A program made the position numbers and the translations under genes. From Utricularia gibba (taxonomy: Eukaryota > Plantae > Magnoliophyta): a stretch of DNA of 64,000 nt. Position 1 is the stretch's first letter, and every line of letters starts with the position of its first letter. Below the pieces are notes generated by a model, which was given only the letters and a program-made list of their open reading frames with translations, had not been told where the DNA came from and ran no database searches. Below are positions 43,050 through 54,259 of the stretch, piece after piece. The stretch lies in contig CM007989.1 of the NCBI GenBank assembly GCA_002189035.1, positions 7,378,001-7,442,000 of the forward strand. The letters are read 5' to 3'.

Positions 43050-46000
43050 ATGGAGAGAGCGGTGGCTATGGCGGCAGCCGGTGATGGTGGGGGTGAGGAT
43101 TTGAGATGCAGCAAACTTTCGGCTGGTGGGTTGTGGAAGTGTGATCTAATGGCTGTACCCGGAGGATTGCTCTGCGAAAAGCATGCTACGTGGGTTCATG
43201 GAAATGGTGAGGCAGAGCAAACTGGTAGTGAAGAGATTGAGGGTGGGGTTCTGGTGGGTATTGTGGAGTTGAGGTTAGAATGCTTGATTTTAGTTTGAAA
43301 AGTTCAGATACTGATATTGGAAAAGCTATAATCCTTCATGGGGTGTGAAGAAGAGAGGGAGACCCAAGGGGTCGAAGAATAAGGTTAAGAAAAAGGATGC
43401 GGTGGTTGCTGATGATCCTGCAATCACTGGCCGTAAACGTGGGAGGCCGAGGGGTCGAAGAATAAGATCAAGAAGAAAGATCTTACTGTTGAAAATGATG
43501 GTGGAATCACCATGAAGGATGTTTTTGTTGGGAATGACACTGCAATCACTGTTCGTAAACGTGGGAGGCCGAAGGGGTCGAAGAATAAGATCAAAAAGAA
43601 AGATGTTATGGTTGAAAATGATGCTGGAATCACGATGAAGGATGTTTTTGTTGGGAATGACGCTGCAGTCACTGTTCGTAAACGTGGGAGGCCGAAGGGG
43701 TCGAAGAAAAAGATCATAAAGAAAGATCAGATTGTTGAACATGATGCTGGAATCACCATGAAGGATGTTTTTGTTGGGAGTGACGCTGCAATCACTGTTC
43801 GTAAACGTGGGAGGCCGAAGGGGTCGAAGAAAAAGATCATAAAGAAAGATCTGATTGTTGAAAATGCTGGAATCATCAAGAATGATGTTTTTGTTGGAAA
43901 TGATTCCAGAGATAACGTTCGTAAGCGTGGGAGGCCAAAGGGCTCCAAGAATAAGGTTAAAAAGTTCTGTGATGACCATGATTTTGGTAGTGCCTGTACG
44001 AAGTGCCGTCAGGTAAAGGATTTGAATGTGGAAGTAAAGAAAGCCGCAGGTGCTGAAGGTGAATATGGACTTGCTGTTGTTGCCCGCAAGAGAGGAAGGC
44101 CGAAAGGATCAACTAAAAAGGCGAATAAGATCTGTGATGATCATGATTTCGGAATTGCCCCTAAGTGCAGTGTGGTGGAGGATTTGAATGTCCAAGTTAA
44201 AAAGGATTTTCGTGATGAAAATGGAGTTATCATTCATAAGAGGGAAAGTCCGAAAGGTTCAAAAGATCAGAAGAAATCTGGAGAAGAAACCGAATTATGC
44301 TGTGGTCCGATATCTGTAAGTGAAGCTCCTTTGAAGAAGAAGACTAAACAACTCAAAGAAATAATGACAATGGAGAGTAGTACACTTGGTGCAGTGGAGA
44401 GTTTGAAGACAGGTGATTTTCCTGCAAAAGCTCATTTCTGTAAAGGAGGGCATCAAGTTCTGGTTTCAGTAGTTAGATCGTAAAAGTAGTTAAGATGAAG
44501 GCATTTGCTGTGGAATACGATGAACCAAGTTATTTTTTGCTCATCAGGTGTTGGAAGAGAACAGACTCTTGCACATTTCCGGACTACAGTGAAGGATCCT
44601 GGGAAGAAGAACAAAAAATCGGTAGGGCAGTTACTTTTCTAGTTGTTTGAATTAATTTGGATACACATCTCATTAAGAAGAGATAACCCTGGTACTCATG
44701 ACTGGAATCTAGTTCAGCGTTCAACAGTCATAGATTTTTTCTCTATGGCCGCTGTCATGGTCAGGAGGTTTATGTGTAATACGAAAAGCCTTGTGGGTGT
44801 AACTGTCATTGTTTGGCTCTATTTTGTATTGCAGGATGCACCTATGAAGAAGAAACGTAAACGCCTTATGTGCCATCAATGCTGTAAAAACAGTATGTCT
44901 GAATTAATTATCTGCTCCAAATGCAAGACGAGGCAGTACTGCTCTGATTGCATCTCAGAATGGTAAACAAAATTGCCTAAAACATGTATGACATAAACAA
45001 ACTGTGACCAGCTAGGAATGCTTACCTTTACATCTTAATTTGTTTTCTAAATTTTTCGTTTGCGTTGTTGTTGTTGCAAGTCTCAACAGGAAAAAGTGGA
45101 TTATATTGGCTTCATGTCTTCAACTTTTCACATCTTCAAATGTAGGTACCATGGGAGAACCAAAGAAATTGAGCAGTCATGTCCATTCTGCCGCGGCAAT
45201 TGCAATTGTGAGGCTTGTCTTCAAACTCAAGTAATCTCGAAGGTATTATAGCTCATCTAGAATTGCGATGGTTGATTCATTCATGCATATCAGTACCCAT
45301 TTACCAACAAGATGTGACCTTGATTCTTGGGAATCTGCCAGGTGGAAATTGATTACTGTAACAGAAACGAGCAATATATGTGCATGCTAAAGTACATTCT
45401 GCCCCACTTGATAAAAATACAACAAGAGCAGCAGGCAGAGCTAGATGTTGAATCTAGAATCCGAGGTACTTAAGTTTTAGGTGTACTATCTTCTCCTCCT
45501 CCTCTCCCTCTTTTGGCCTATTTTATTGCTCCTTCTGTTACATCAGGCATTGAAATTACTGAGGAAGATGTCCCAGAAGCGCATTGTGAAGATCACGAAA
45601 GAGCTTACTGGTGATGTCCTCCATCAACAATAATTTTTCTTGTTTCAGTAGTCAAAAGTTTCGAATTGGCGAAAATGTGACTCTCTTGTTTGCTTGTTCT
45701 TCAGTAATAATTGCAGGACTTCTATTTTCAACTTGCACAGGAGCTGTCCTAACAGTCAATGTGGTTATGATATCTGTCTCGACTGCTGTAATGAGCTGAG
45801 AAAAGGTTTTCAGCCAAAGCAATGGGATGCTCCCTCGAGAAAGGTGAACTGGGGAGCCAATGAAGATGGAAGCATACCATGCCCTTCTGAGAGTCTTGGT
45901 GGCTGCGGATCAAGGAATTTAGAACTGAAACGCCTTCAGCATGCTGCAGGGGTGAACCTGTTAATAAAAAAGGCAGAAAATATCACTCGCAACTACCAGT

Positions 46001-47782
46001 TGCCATATGCAGATTTTTCTCGAGGATGTTCATCGTGCAATGCTTTTCTCATACCTGCTGGTGCTGGTGCTGGCTTTTCAGAAGTGAGACAAGCAGCTAG
46101 CAGGGATTGCAGTGAAGACAACTTCCTGTACAGCCCGGATGTTGGTGATGCCGACTTTGCACATTTCCAAATGCATTGGAGGAAGGGTGAACCTGTTATC
46201 GTCAGAAATGCGATTGCAACAGCTTATGGACTTAGTTGGGAGCCAAATGTTATGCTGAAGGCTTTCAAGGCTGTTGCCAGTAAACTGATGAACAGCCCCT
46301 TCACAGTGAAAGCCATTGATTGCCGGGATTGGTGTGAGGTAACCTCCTCGCCATCGGTCTACGTTGTGTGTTGAGCGTTGTAGTTTTCCTTAACATTGAA
46401 CTGCACCACAGCTTGAGATCAGCGTAGATGAGTTCTTCAAAGGCTATTCAGAAGAAAATGGGCATCAAAATGGAGTGCCCCGTATTTTGAAATTAAGAGA
46501 CTGGCCTCCGGCAAACAGTTTCGAGGAATGCTTGCCTAGGTACTGTGCAGAGTTTCTGGCTATGCTTCCCTTCCCTGATTGCACTCATCCCAAATTTGGG
46601 TCGCTAAATCTTGCGACAAAGCTTCCCGAAGGTGCTGCGAAGCCTGACCTGGGTCCTAAAATTTACATAGCTTATGGCCATCCCGAAGATCCGGGTCAGG
46701 GTGAGTCGGTCACGAAACTGCATTGTGATGTCTCGGATGCGGTATGCCTGCAAAATTGTGCTCAATTTTTGTGTTCATGCATTCATTCTTAAAGCATCTG
46801 CGGTACACTTGAACCACCATCACTTCTCATGCATCAGATGAAGTAAATTTGCATGCTTTTTGCTAACCTGAGCTTCGCAATGAACAAGCCTTAGTTCATT
46901 CCACCATCTGGACATGTTTCAATCCGAGAATGTGATTCAGGTGAACATACTGACGCATGCTGCTAAGGAGAGTACTGGAAGCAGTGGAAACGGAGCTGCC
47001 ATATGGAACATTTTTCGCCGCCAAGACATCGCCAAGTTAACTGAGTATTTGCTGAAGCACCAGAAAGAGTTCCACCATTTCAACAACTTGCCACTGAGCC
47101 GTGTAAGCTGCTCCATTCTGTGTGATCCAAAGGTTGCCGATACGCTAATTTCCTCCTGTATATTCTCTTTAGGTCCTGCATGCCATTCATGATCAGACTT
47201 TTTATCTCGATGATGTTCACAAAAGACAGTTGAAGGAGGAGTTCGGTAAGAGCTTCTCCCATGCGACTGACTGACTTCCTGAGTTGATGGCAATGTGAAC
47301 GAGTAGTGGACTGGTAACATCTTCATTTCATCAGATGTAGAGCCGTGGACCTTCGAACAGCACCTCGGGAGGCTGTCTTCATCCCTGCTGGATGCCCTCA
47401 TCAGGTCAAAAACATCCAGGTAAAGGAGCTGAAATCATCATTCTTTCCCCCAAACAAACTCACCCCCTTACATTTTATGAATCATTTTCCGACCAGTCGT
47501 GCACAAAGGTTGCCGTCGACTTCGTGTCTCCTGAGAGTATCCAAGAATGCCTCCGACTCACTCAAGAATTCCGACTTCTTCCTCATGGTCATAGATCAAA
47601 GCAGGACATACTCGAGGCGCGTGTGAAGAAGCACCATCCCTTCCTTCATCTTCCTTCCCATCTGCAACTTCTCTGGCTGCATTTTGATGTTTTGAAAACT
47701 CCCGCAGGTGAAGCGGCTGGCGGTCTGTGCTGCTAGGTTTGCCGTTGCTGAAATCGGAGAATCGCCGGCCTACAAGAAATAA
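43050..47782 (+). CDS. KDM3/JHDM2-class JmjC H3K9 demethylase with a WRC-like finger, AT-hook array and zf-4CXXC/RING-like domain
   Basis: WRC-like CSKLSAGGLWKCDLMAVPGGLLCEKH; repeated KRGRPKGSK; CHQC...CSKC...YCSDC and CPFCRGNCNCEAC; HFQMHWRKGEPVIVRN, LKLRDWPP, PDLGPKIYIAYG, TKLHCDVSDAVN, FIPAGCPHQV and KVAVDFVSPE. Stop at 47780-47782. Apparent 1-nt deletions at about 43321-43324, 43450 and 47367-47369. Confidence 0.92.
43348..44260 (+). repeat. Coding tandem repeat of AT-hook units (123-bp core period) inside the JmjC gene
   Basis: RKRGRPKGS units start at 43432, 43554, 43677, 43800 and 43920 (spacing 122, 123, 123, 120). Further hooks lie at 43348 and 44085, and a decayed HKRESPKGS near 44235. 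Confidence 0.92.
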
Positions 47783-48444
47783 GGTTTCTGGATGTATTTT
47801 GATTTTAGGGTTTTTTTTGCCCCGACCCCCTTTTACACGAGTCGGTTCAGTAGTATATATCTCTACTCAGGAAATTTTCAATTAATGAGAAATTGTTAAA
47901 TATAATAAAAATAATCATTTTAATTTAATCAAAGCATGTGTAGGACGAAATCTGCCACAAAAATACATTTAAATATTCGAAATAAAATAACTACATAAAA
48001 TATATTTTAAAAAAAAAAGAAAAAGAAAAAGGCAAACCTCAGCGTCCGTGGGAACTGGTAATCGACGACAATCCAACCAACTTGATGTCTCCAGACGGAA
48101 ACGAGGAGGAAGAAGAGGGAGGGGAAAGGGAGCAAGATGTGATTTTGATGCCTCGTGCTGCTTTGGCCTTCTCCATTATTCTGTTTGTTTCGTTTCGTTG
48201 TTGAAACCTTTTTTTTTCTTGTTCCCTCGATTCTGCCTCCAAGCACAAAGTCTAAGGAAGAGGGATCTGGATCACACGGAAGTTGGGTGGATTCTGACAC
48301 TTTCTTTTGAGTAGGGAATCTGATAATTTGTGAAGAGGGCAAGGAATATTTCTGGGATTAATTTCAGCCAAAACCTGGAGTTTTCCAATTGGGTTTACAT
48401 TTCGCATGCCCTTGATTGGGAACTTTTAATCTGGAAGTTGAAAA

Positions 48445-49853
48445 ATGGCAGCTATTGACATAGAAAGTGTGGATTGTGCATCCTCAATAGATGGGGTTGA
48501 TGATGAAGAGTTTCAAAGTCAGATTCAACGTCGTTCTTCGAGACTTCAAAACAGATTGGCTGCTGTGGCTGGGCTACCTCCTTTTAGCGTCCATGAATTG
48601 CTAGAATGCCCTGTTTGCACTAATTGCATGTACCCACCAATTCATCAGGTATGTTTCCACTGGAATCCAGCCTCTGCTTTGATGTTGCGATATCTGAAGG
48701 TCTGAGGCATGTTCCATGAAATTTGTGCGATGATCTATTGCATGTAGAAGATAGTGGCAGCTCTGATATTTTTTCACATTGTTTGGCTTCTCAGTTTATT
48801 CTCAAATACTTTGTTTGTTTAATGCCCTGTATTGATCATCTTAAGTATCCAGCATAACTGCAAAACCTTTAGTGCAAGCAGGCAATGCCCCATGAAATTC
48901 GATGATCCCCTCCCTGTATGCATTGGATTTGATAATACATTGTTGATCACTGGATACATTATGTATGATTCGTCACATCCTCCTTGCTCAAGCATTTTGT
49001 TTACAGTGTCACAATGGGCATACTCTCTGCTCAACCTGCAAAACGAGAGTGCATAATAGATGCCCAACTTGCAGACAAGAGCTGGGGGATATCAGGTGTT
49101 TGGCCCTGGAGAAAGTTGCTGAGTCGCTGGATCTACCTTGCAGGTTCTACACCTTGGGCTGCACTGAAATATTTCCCTACTACACCAAGCTTAAACATGA
49201 AGCGTTATGCAACTTCCGGCCATATAATTGCCCCTATGCTGGATCCGAATGCATTGTGACCGGAGACATCCCCTACCTGGCTGCACACCTCAGAGATGAT
49301 CACAAAGTGGATATGCACAGCGGATGCACCTTTAACCACCGCTATGTCAAGTCAAATCCTCGCGAAGTTGAAAATGCTACATGGATGTTGACGGTCAATC
49401 CAGTGATTTCATACACTTGGTTCTGTAATTGTTTCACCATTAGTTCAGTCTCTCAAGAGTGGTTTTTCCTTGCTTCATCAGGTATTCCATTGTTTCGGGC
49501 GATACTTCTGTCTCCACTTCGAAGCATTCCAGCTCGGAACATCCCCTGTTTACATGGCTTTCCTTCGTTTCATGGGAGATGAAGTTGAAGCCCGCAACTA
49601 CAACTACAGTCTAGAGGTAGGAGCAAATGGGAGGAAGCTGATTTGGGAAGGTACACCGAGAAGCATCCGTGACGGTCACCGGAAGGTTCGGGATAGCCAT
49701 GACGGCCTCATAATCCAACGAAACATGGCGCTTTTCTTCTCCGGTGGAGACAGAAAAGAGCTTAAGATTCGGGTAACGGGGAAGATTTGGAAAGAACAGC
49801 AGCCTCCCGCAGCCATCCCAAATTCAGCGCAGCAGAGTTCTTCTGATCTTTAG
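48445..49853 (+). CDS. SINAT: SINA/SINAT RING E3 ubiquitin ligase
   Basis: Exons 48445-48648, 49007-49393 and 49482-49853. RING: CPVCTNCMYPPIHQCHNGHTLCSTCKTRVHNRCPTCRQ. SINA domain: LGDIRCLALEKVAESL...YVKSNPREVENATWMLT...FFSGGDRKELK. Confidence 0.96.
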
Positions 49854-52800
49854 AGTTGCCTTGGCGGCTACGCTGCTGCTGCTTCAGCTGTGATAGATAC
49901 TGTTAAAACAGACTCACTAACAAAAACCAGGCAAGTGTGGGCCCAGACACGTCTGTTTACAGTGGGCCCACAACATCCTTTTAATCTCGAAAAATTAATT
50001 AAAAAACGTGAAATATGTTTTTTATAATAATGAAATACATTTTTTATCATTAAAAACTCTTCTTTAGTCTGTTTTAGAAAAATAAAAATTACATTTAATT
50101 CCCCTTTCATATTCTCCAAATTTAGTAATTAAATACTATTTAGCATCTTGTTATGTCAATTTCAATGTTACTAGGTAATCGTTTATACTATATTTAAAAA
50201 AAAAACAAGTAATATATTGTATTTGATAAAGTATAGATAATGAAAAAGGAAAACTCAATATTTTCAACAAATTTTCTACGTGTATGAAATGAACGAATTG
50301 GTCGTTCGAACTTTTGGTCGTTTCGAGCAAAATCAACTTATGGAGAAGAAAGTCAAAATTACAAGGAAAATGAGTACTTCATATTGTGGAAATTTCATAA
50401 AAAAATACTAAAATATTCATAAATTCCAAGACATATTTATTGACTTAGAAATACCTTTATCTTGTTAAAAAGTTTGACTAATTCTCAAGATATATAATTT
50501 TTTAAAAATTCTTAGTAGTAATTTATAAATTATATGTTTTTTTATTAATTTTAATGATTAATATGCAACTTATTTAATCCGAGTATCAATATTATAGTCG
50601 TGTTTGCATCCGTATCCGAATATTAATATTTATTTACTAAAAAAATCTGATTTTTTTAATACAAAATGCAACAACCCCACTATTGATATTTTGTCCATCT
50701 GACCTTCGTATCCTAATCAAGAAATGTGCTTCTTACAACGCCTACATGCAAATTGCGCACGTGGATTCAGCGTCTAATCACACTCCTTGTCTTTTCATTC
50801 TTGCCAAACTCCCCACATATTAAAATAGAATGGATAACCACCCAATCAATAATATAATATATTTATTAAACATGATAAATATTTCTAATATTTTTTTGAT
50901 TTTTAATTAAATAAAATTGCAATTTAATGCGTAATTAAAGAAGTATGACACGACACATACCAGAAGAGTTGAAATAATATCGTTGGATAAAAAAACATGG
51001 GGTCAAAGTCGTACTCCTCCGATAAGATAATTATAATAAAGTATTCCCTCGTTCTTTCACTACAATGTTTTAAAATTATATATTCTAATTCTATTTTTTT
51101 TAAATCGCATAATGGGTTTATTCTTTAAAAATTACTTTTTAAATTTAAAAATTAATGAGCCCACGATTAATCATTTTTATTGTACATAATCTTGGGGGGG
51201 GGGAGGGGGGATTGTAAGGTCACATGACTTATGACATCATCTTATATTGGTTACGGATGAAATAAAAGATGAAATTGAGTAGAATGATCATATAAATTTT
51301 GTACGATTCATTTTGATCATACGAGGGAAGATCGTTGACAATAATTCTAAAGTTAAGTATATTTGGTTTGGAGTAAAGTAGAAATGGATAATCTCTTAGA
51401 AAAGTAAATCAAATGTAAGAAAATCATAAAATCGTGAGAGTTGAATGTTGAAAGTGTATAATATCATGTCATATGGTTCTTTACACGGATTAGGATGACA
51501 AGGGTAAATGATGAAGATTAGATTAGGTGTGGTGGTGGTCATTATTGTAATTCTCCTTTTTCGTGGACACATTAAATGGTTGAATAAATGTGGAACACAT
51601 AATTTGAAATTATGGGTGCGGATGGATAATCGCCATGACCATCGCATCTTCTTCTTCCTGCTGCCTTCTTGACGAATTCCTGCTGTGCTGACTGAGGGCC
51701 GCAACGCCCGCCTTTCTGTGAAGTAACTGACTCACATCCTGCTTCTGTCTACTTCATCTCTTCTGCTTGCTGCTGTTTTCAGCAACACCGTGTCAAGGTG
51801 TGGCCGCGCCGGAGTCTTATTTCTTCCCTGTGGGTCGTCGGCGGGGTGGAGTTACCCGTTCCCGGTAACCAGATACCTCCCCGTACGACGCCGCGCTGGT
51901 CCCAATTCCCGAGGCGGCTGCATACCTGGTTTTGGGCAACTTGTGCAAATAAATAACAGCAGGGCGTGCATTTTTCTATTCTGAACAGTTTGCCCGCACT
52001 GGTGAATTGCATTGCGGTTGCATATTCACCACATACGCCCATGGAAACACATCGGAAACAATGAGCTCACCAGAAAACAAAAAGAAAAATTCTTCTCTCA
52101 TAATCACCCCCTCCTGTTAAATACAGGAACTTTCACTCTCCTTCTTTGTCCGCCTTCACCCAGGTTGCTTTTTATTCAAATCGCACACTTACTGCATTCC
52201 CTCACACTCTACAGGTTTCCTTATTCCGCGATGAACCCCGCTTTTGTTCACAGACAAGTTTCTTCCTTTCTGGTTTACTCTACGCTTCTTACTACTTCCC
52301 ACTGGGGTAGAGAAGAAAAAGAGGAGAGGAAGCAGCAGTATATTTTAATATTATAAACGACAACCCTTCTGGTTAAAACAAAAACCCAAAAGAAAGAAAC
52401 AAAGAAACAAGGAAAGAAACCAAAACTGGTGAATGGGGGAATGCCGATGACTCAAATGTGTCAGCACACATATGATTTCACGCCCGGTGACCTGACCAAC
52501 AACGAAAACATGGGCCCCGCATCCCCGAACCTGACACCAACCCTGATAGATACTGTAGTATTTGACATGGATTTACAAATATAACTATTTTTATTTTCAC
52601 ATTTATCCTCAAGTGACCAAATTTCTAAATACCCTATAATCGAATCGGGTGATTCCAAAGTATGGAATACGTTTCCGGATTACAATATATGATCAGATTT
52701 GTAAATGATTCTAATTTTTTAGTATTTTTTTAAATGTGTGATTCCCGAATATTGGGATTTCATTTCGAACGTTTTTGAGTTACTTTGGCGTTGACTTGGA

Positions 52801-53163
52801 ATTTCAAATTCTGTGGTATGATGAGTAAATGCGAGATGAAGGTCCAAATTCACATTAAATTTACAATGAAATGAGGTGTGGAGAACACGAAATGTATTTA
52901 TTTATTTGGATGTAATGAGTGTCTGATTTGCAGACCAACGGTACTGAAATGTGGTTATCGACTTCCGAGGCTGGTGTGGAACCCCAACCTGACACCGAGG
53001 CTGGGTGTTTCTTGGCGTTTGATATTTCAAAATTGAATTTGCAAATTTAGGCGTTTTTAGGAAATAAATAAAGCAGTAAAAGTATGCATCGGATCTGCGT
53101 GTTTTCAAGCTATAAGACGACTACTCCCTACTGGAGTGCCTCCCTGCGTCTTGTCCCTCTCTT

Positions 53164-53184
53164 TCTCTCTCTCTCTCTCTCTCT
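53164..53184. repeat. (CT)n microsatellite in the CRF 5' region
   Basis: About 10 TC units upstream of the CRF ATG. Confidence 0.85.
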
Positions 53185-53320
53185 TCCGCCTTCGAACACT
53201 TGCTCTTCTTGTCACTCTGGGGTTGAAAAAAATCTGCTTTTTCTTCTGGGTTTTGGTTTTTCTACTGGTTTCTCTTGGGGTTTGATTCTGTTGAGGGGTT
53301 TTTGTCTGTGTTTTTGTGAT

Positions 53321-54259
53321 ATGGGTGATCAGTTGGTTTGGCCGGTGAAGTATACGGAGCATAAAAATGTCACCAGCGCGCTTTTGAAGAGGAAAAAGGG
53401 AGATCGGGATCGGGGGTGTGCTCCAAGAACTGTTAAATTCTCTGTGACTGATCCGGATGCGACGGATTCCTCCGGCGATGATGAAGTGGAAATTCTGCCA
53501 CGGCGGAGGATTAAGAAATTCGTCAACGAGGTGAGATTCCAAGTGGATTCTGCCGATGCTGCTGTCTCCCCCAAATTGAAGAAGATAAAGGGGAAAGTGA
53601 AAACAGAGGAGGAGCCTCTGGATCGGGAAATCCGCAGGAAATTTAGAGGTGTACGGCAACGGCCGTGGGGGAAATGGGCCGCGGAGATACGTGACCCTTC
53701 TCGGCGGGTTAGATTGTGGTTGGGTACCTACGATACGGCGGAAGAAGCGGCGATGGTGTACGACACCGCCGCGATTAAGCTTCGTGGGCCTGACGCTTTG
53801 ACCAACTTTGTACCACCGCGGGTCAAGGCTACTGTCGCGGACAGCAACGACGCTTCGGTTTCCAGCTACGACTCCGCCGGAGAGTTGAATACTTTCTCTT
53901 CCCCTACCTCTGTCTTCCGGTACGCGAGCGATCAAGACAGTGAACCCAGCGCCGCGATCAAGACACGCGAGCCCGCCGCGCCCCTGCCGAATGACGACGA
54001 CCCCAACTCCCTCATCCCCCCCATGGCGGCGGCTGACTACTCCGGCGTGCTCACCGCCGCAGAGAACAACTACTACAACTTCCCGGTGGAGGAGGAGCCA
54101 TTCTTCAACGAGATGTGCAATTACTTGGATCATAGACTCCCAGATAGCAGCACCGCCATTGAAGATGTGAAATATTCGGTACAAGAACTTAGTAGTTGGC
54201 TCCAAATCGATGATTATTTCCATGAAGCCCCCAGTGTCGGATGTCTGATGCGCTGTTAG
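53321..54259 (+). CDS. CRF: Cytokinin response factor (AP2/ERF B-5), intronless
   Basis: Start [14 protein letters not shown]; CRF domain [18 protein letters not shown]; AP2 domain [19 protein letters not shown]...[12 protein letters not shown]; C-terminal SPTSV motif. Confidence 0.94.
   Translation: MGDQLVWPVKYTEHKNVTSALLKRKKGDRDRGCAPRTVKFSVTDPDATDSSGDDEVEILPRRRIKKFVNEVRFQVDSADAAVSPKLKKIKGKVKTEEEPLDREIRRKFRGVRQRPWGKWAAEIRDPSRRVRLWLGTYDTAEEAAMVYDTAAIKLRGPDALTNFVPPRVKATVADSNDASVSSYDSAGELNTFSSPTSVFRYASDQDSEPSAAIKTREPAAPLPNDDDPNSLIPPMAAADYSGVLTAAENNYYNFPVEEEPFFNEMCNYLDHRLPDSSTAIEDVKYSVQELSSWLQIDDYFHEAPSVGCLMRC

Noticed and set aside
43326-43979. CRISPR-like or independent antisense gene in the 123-bp repeat
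   Set aside because: The repeats are contiguous coding units with no unique spacers, in a eukaryotic gene. The minus-strand ORFs are shadows of the repeat.
46700-47419. JmjC gene as a catalytically dead pseudo-demethylase
   Set aside because: The H-x-D (KLHCDV), distal His (GCPHQV) and the Lys/Thr co-substrate positions are present.
51700-51770. miR156-like sequence GACAGAAGCAGGATGTGAG on the minus strand
   Set aside because: Too many differences from miR156/157, and I found no fold-back partner.
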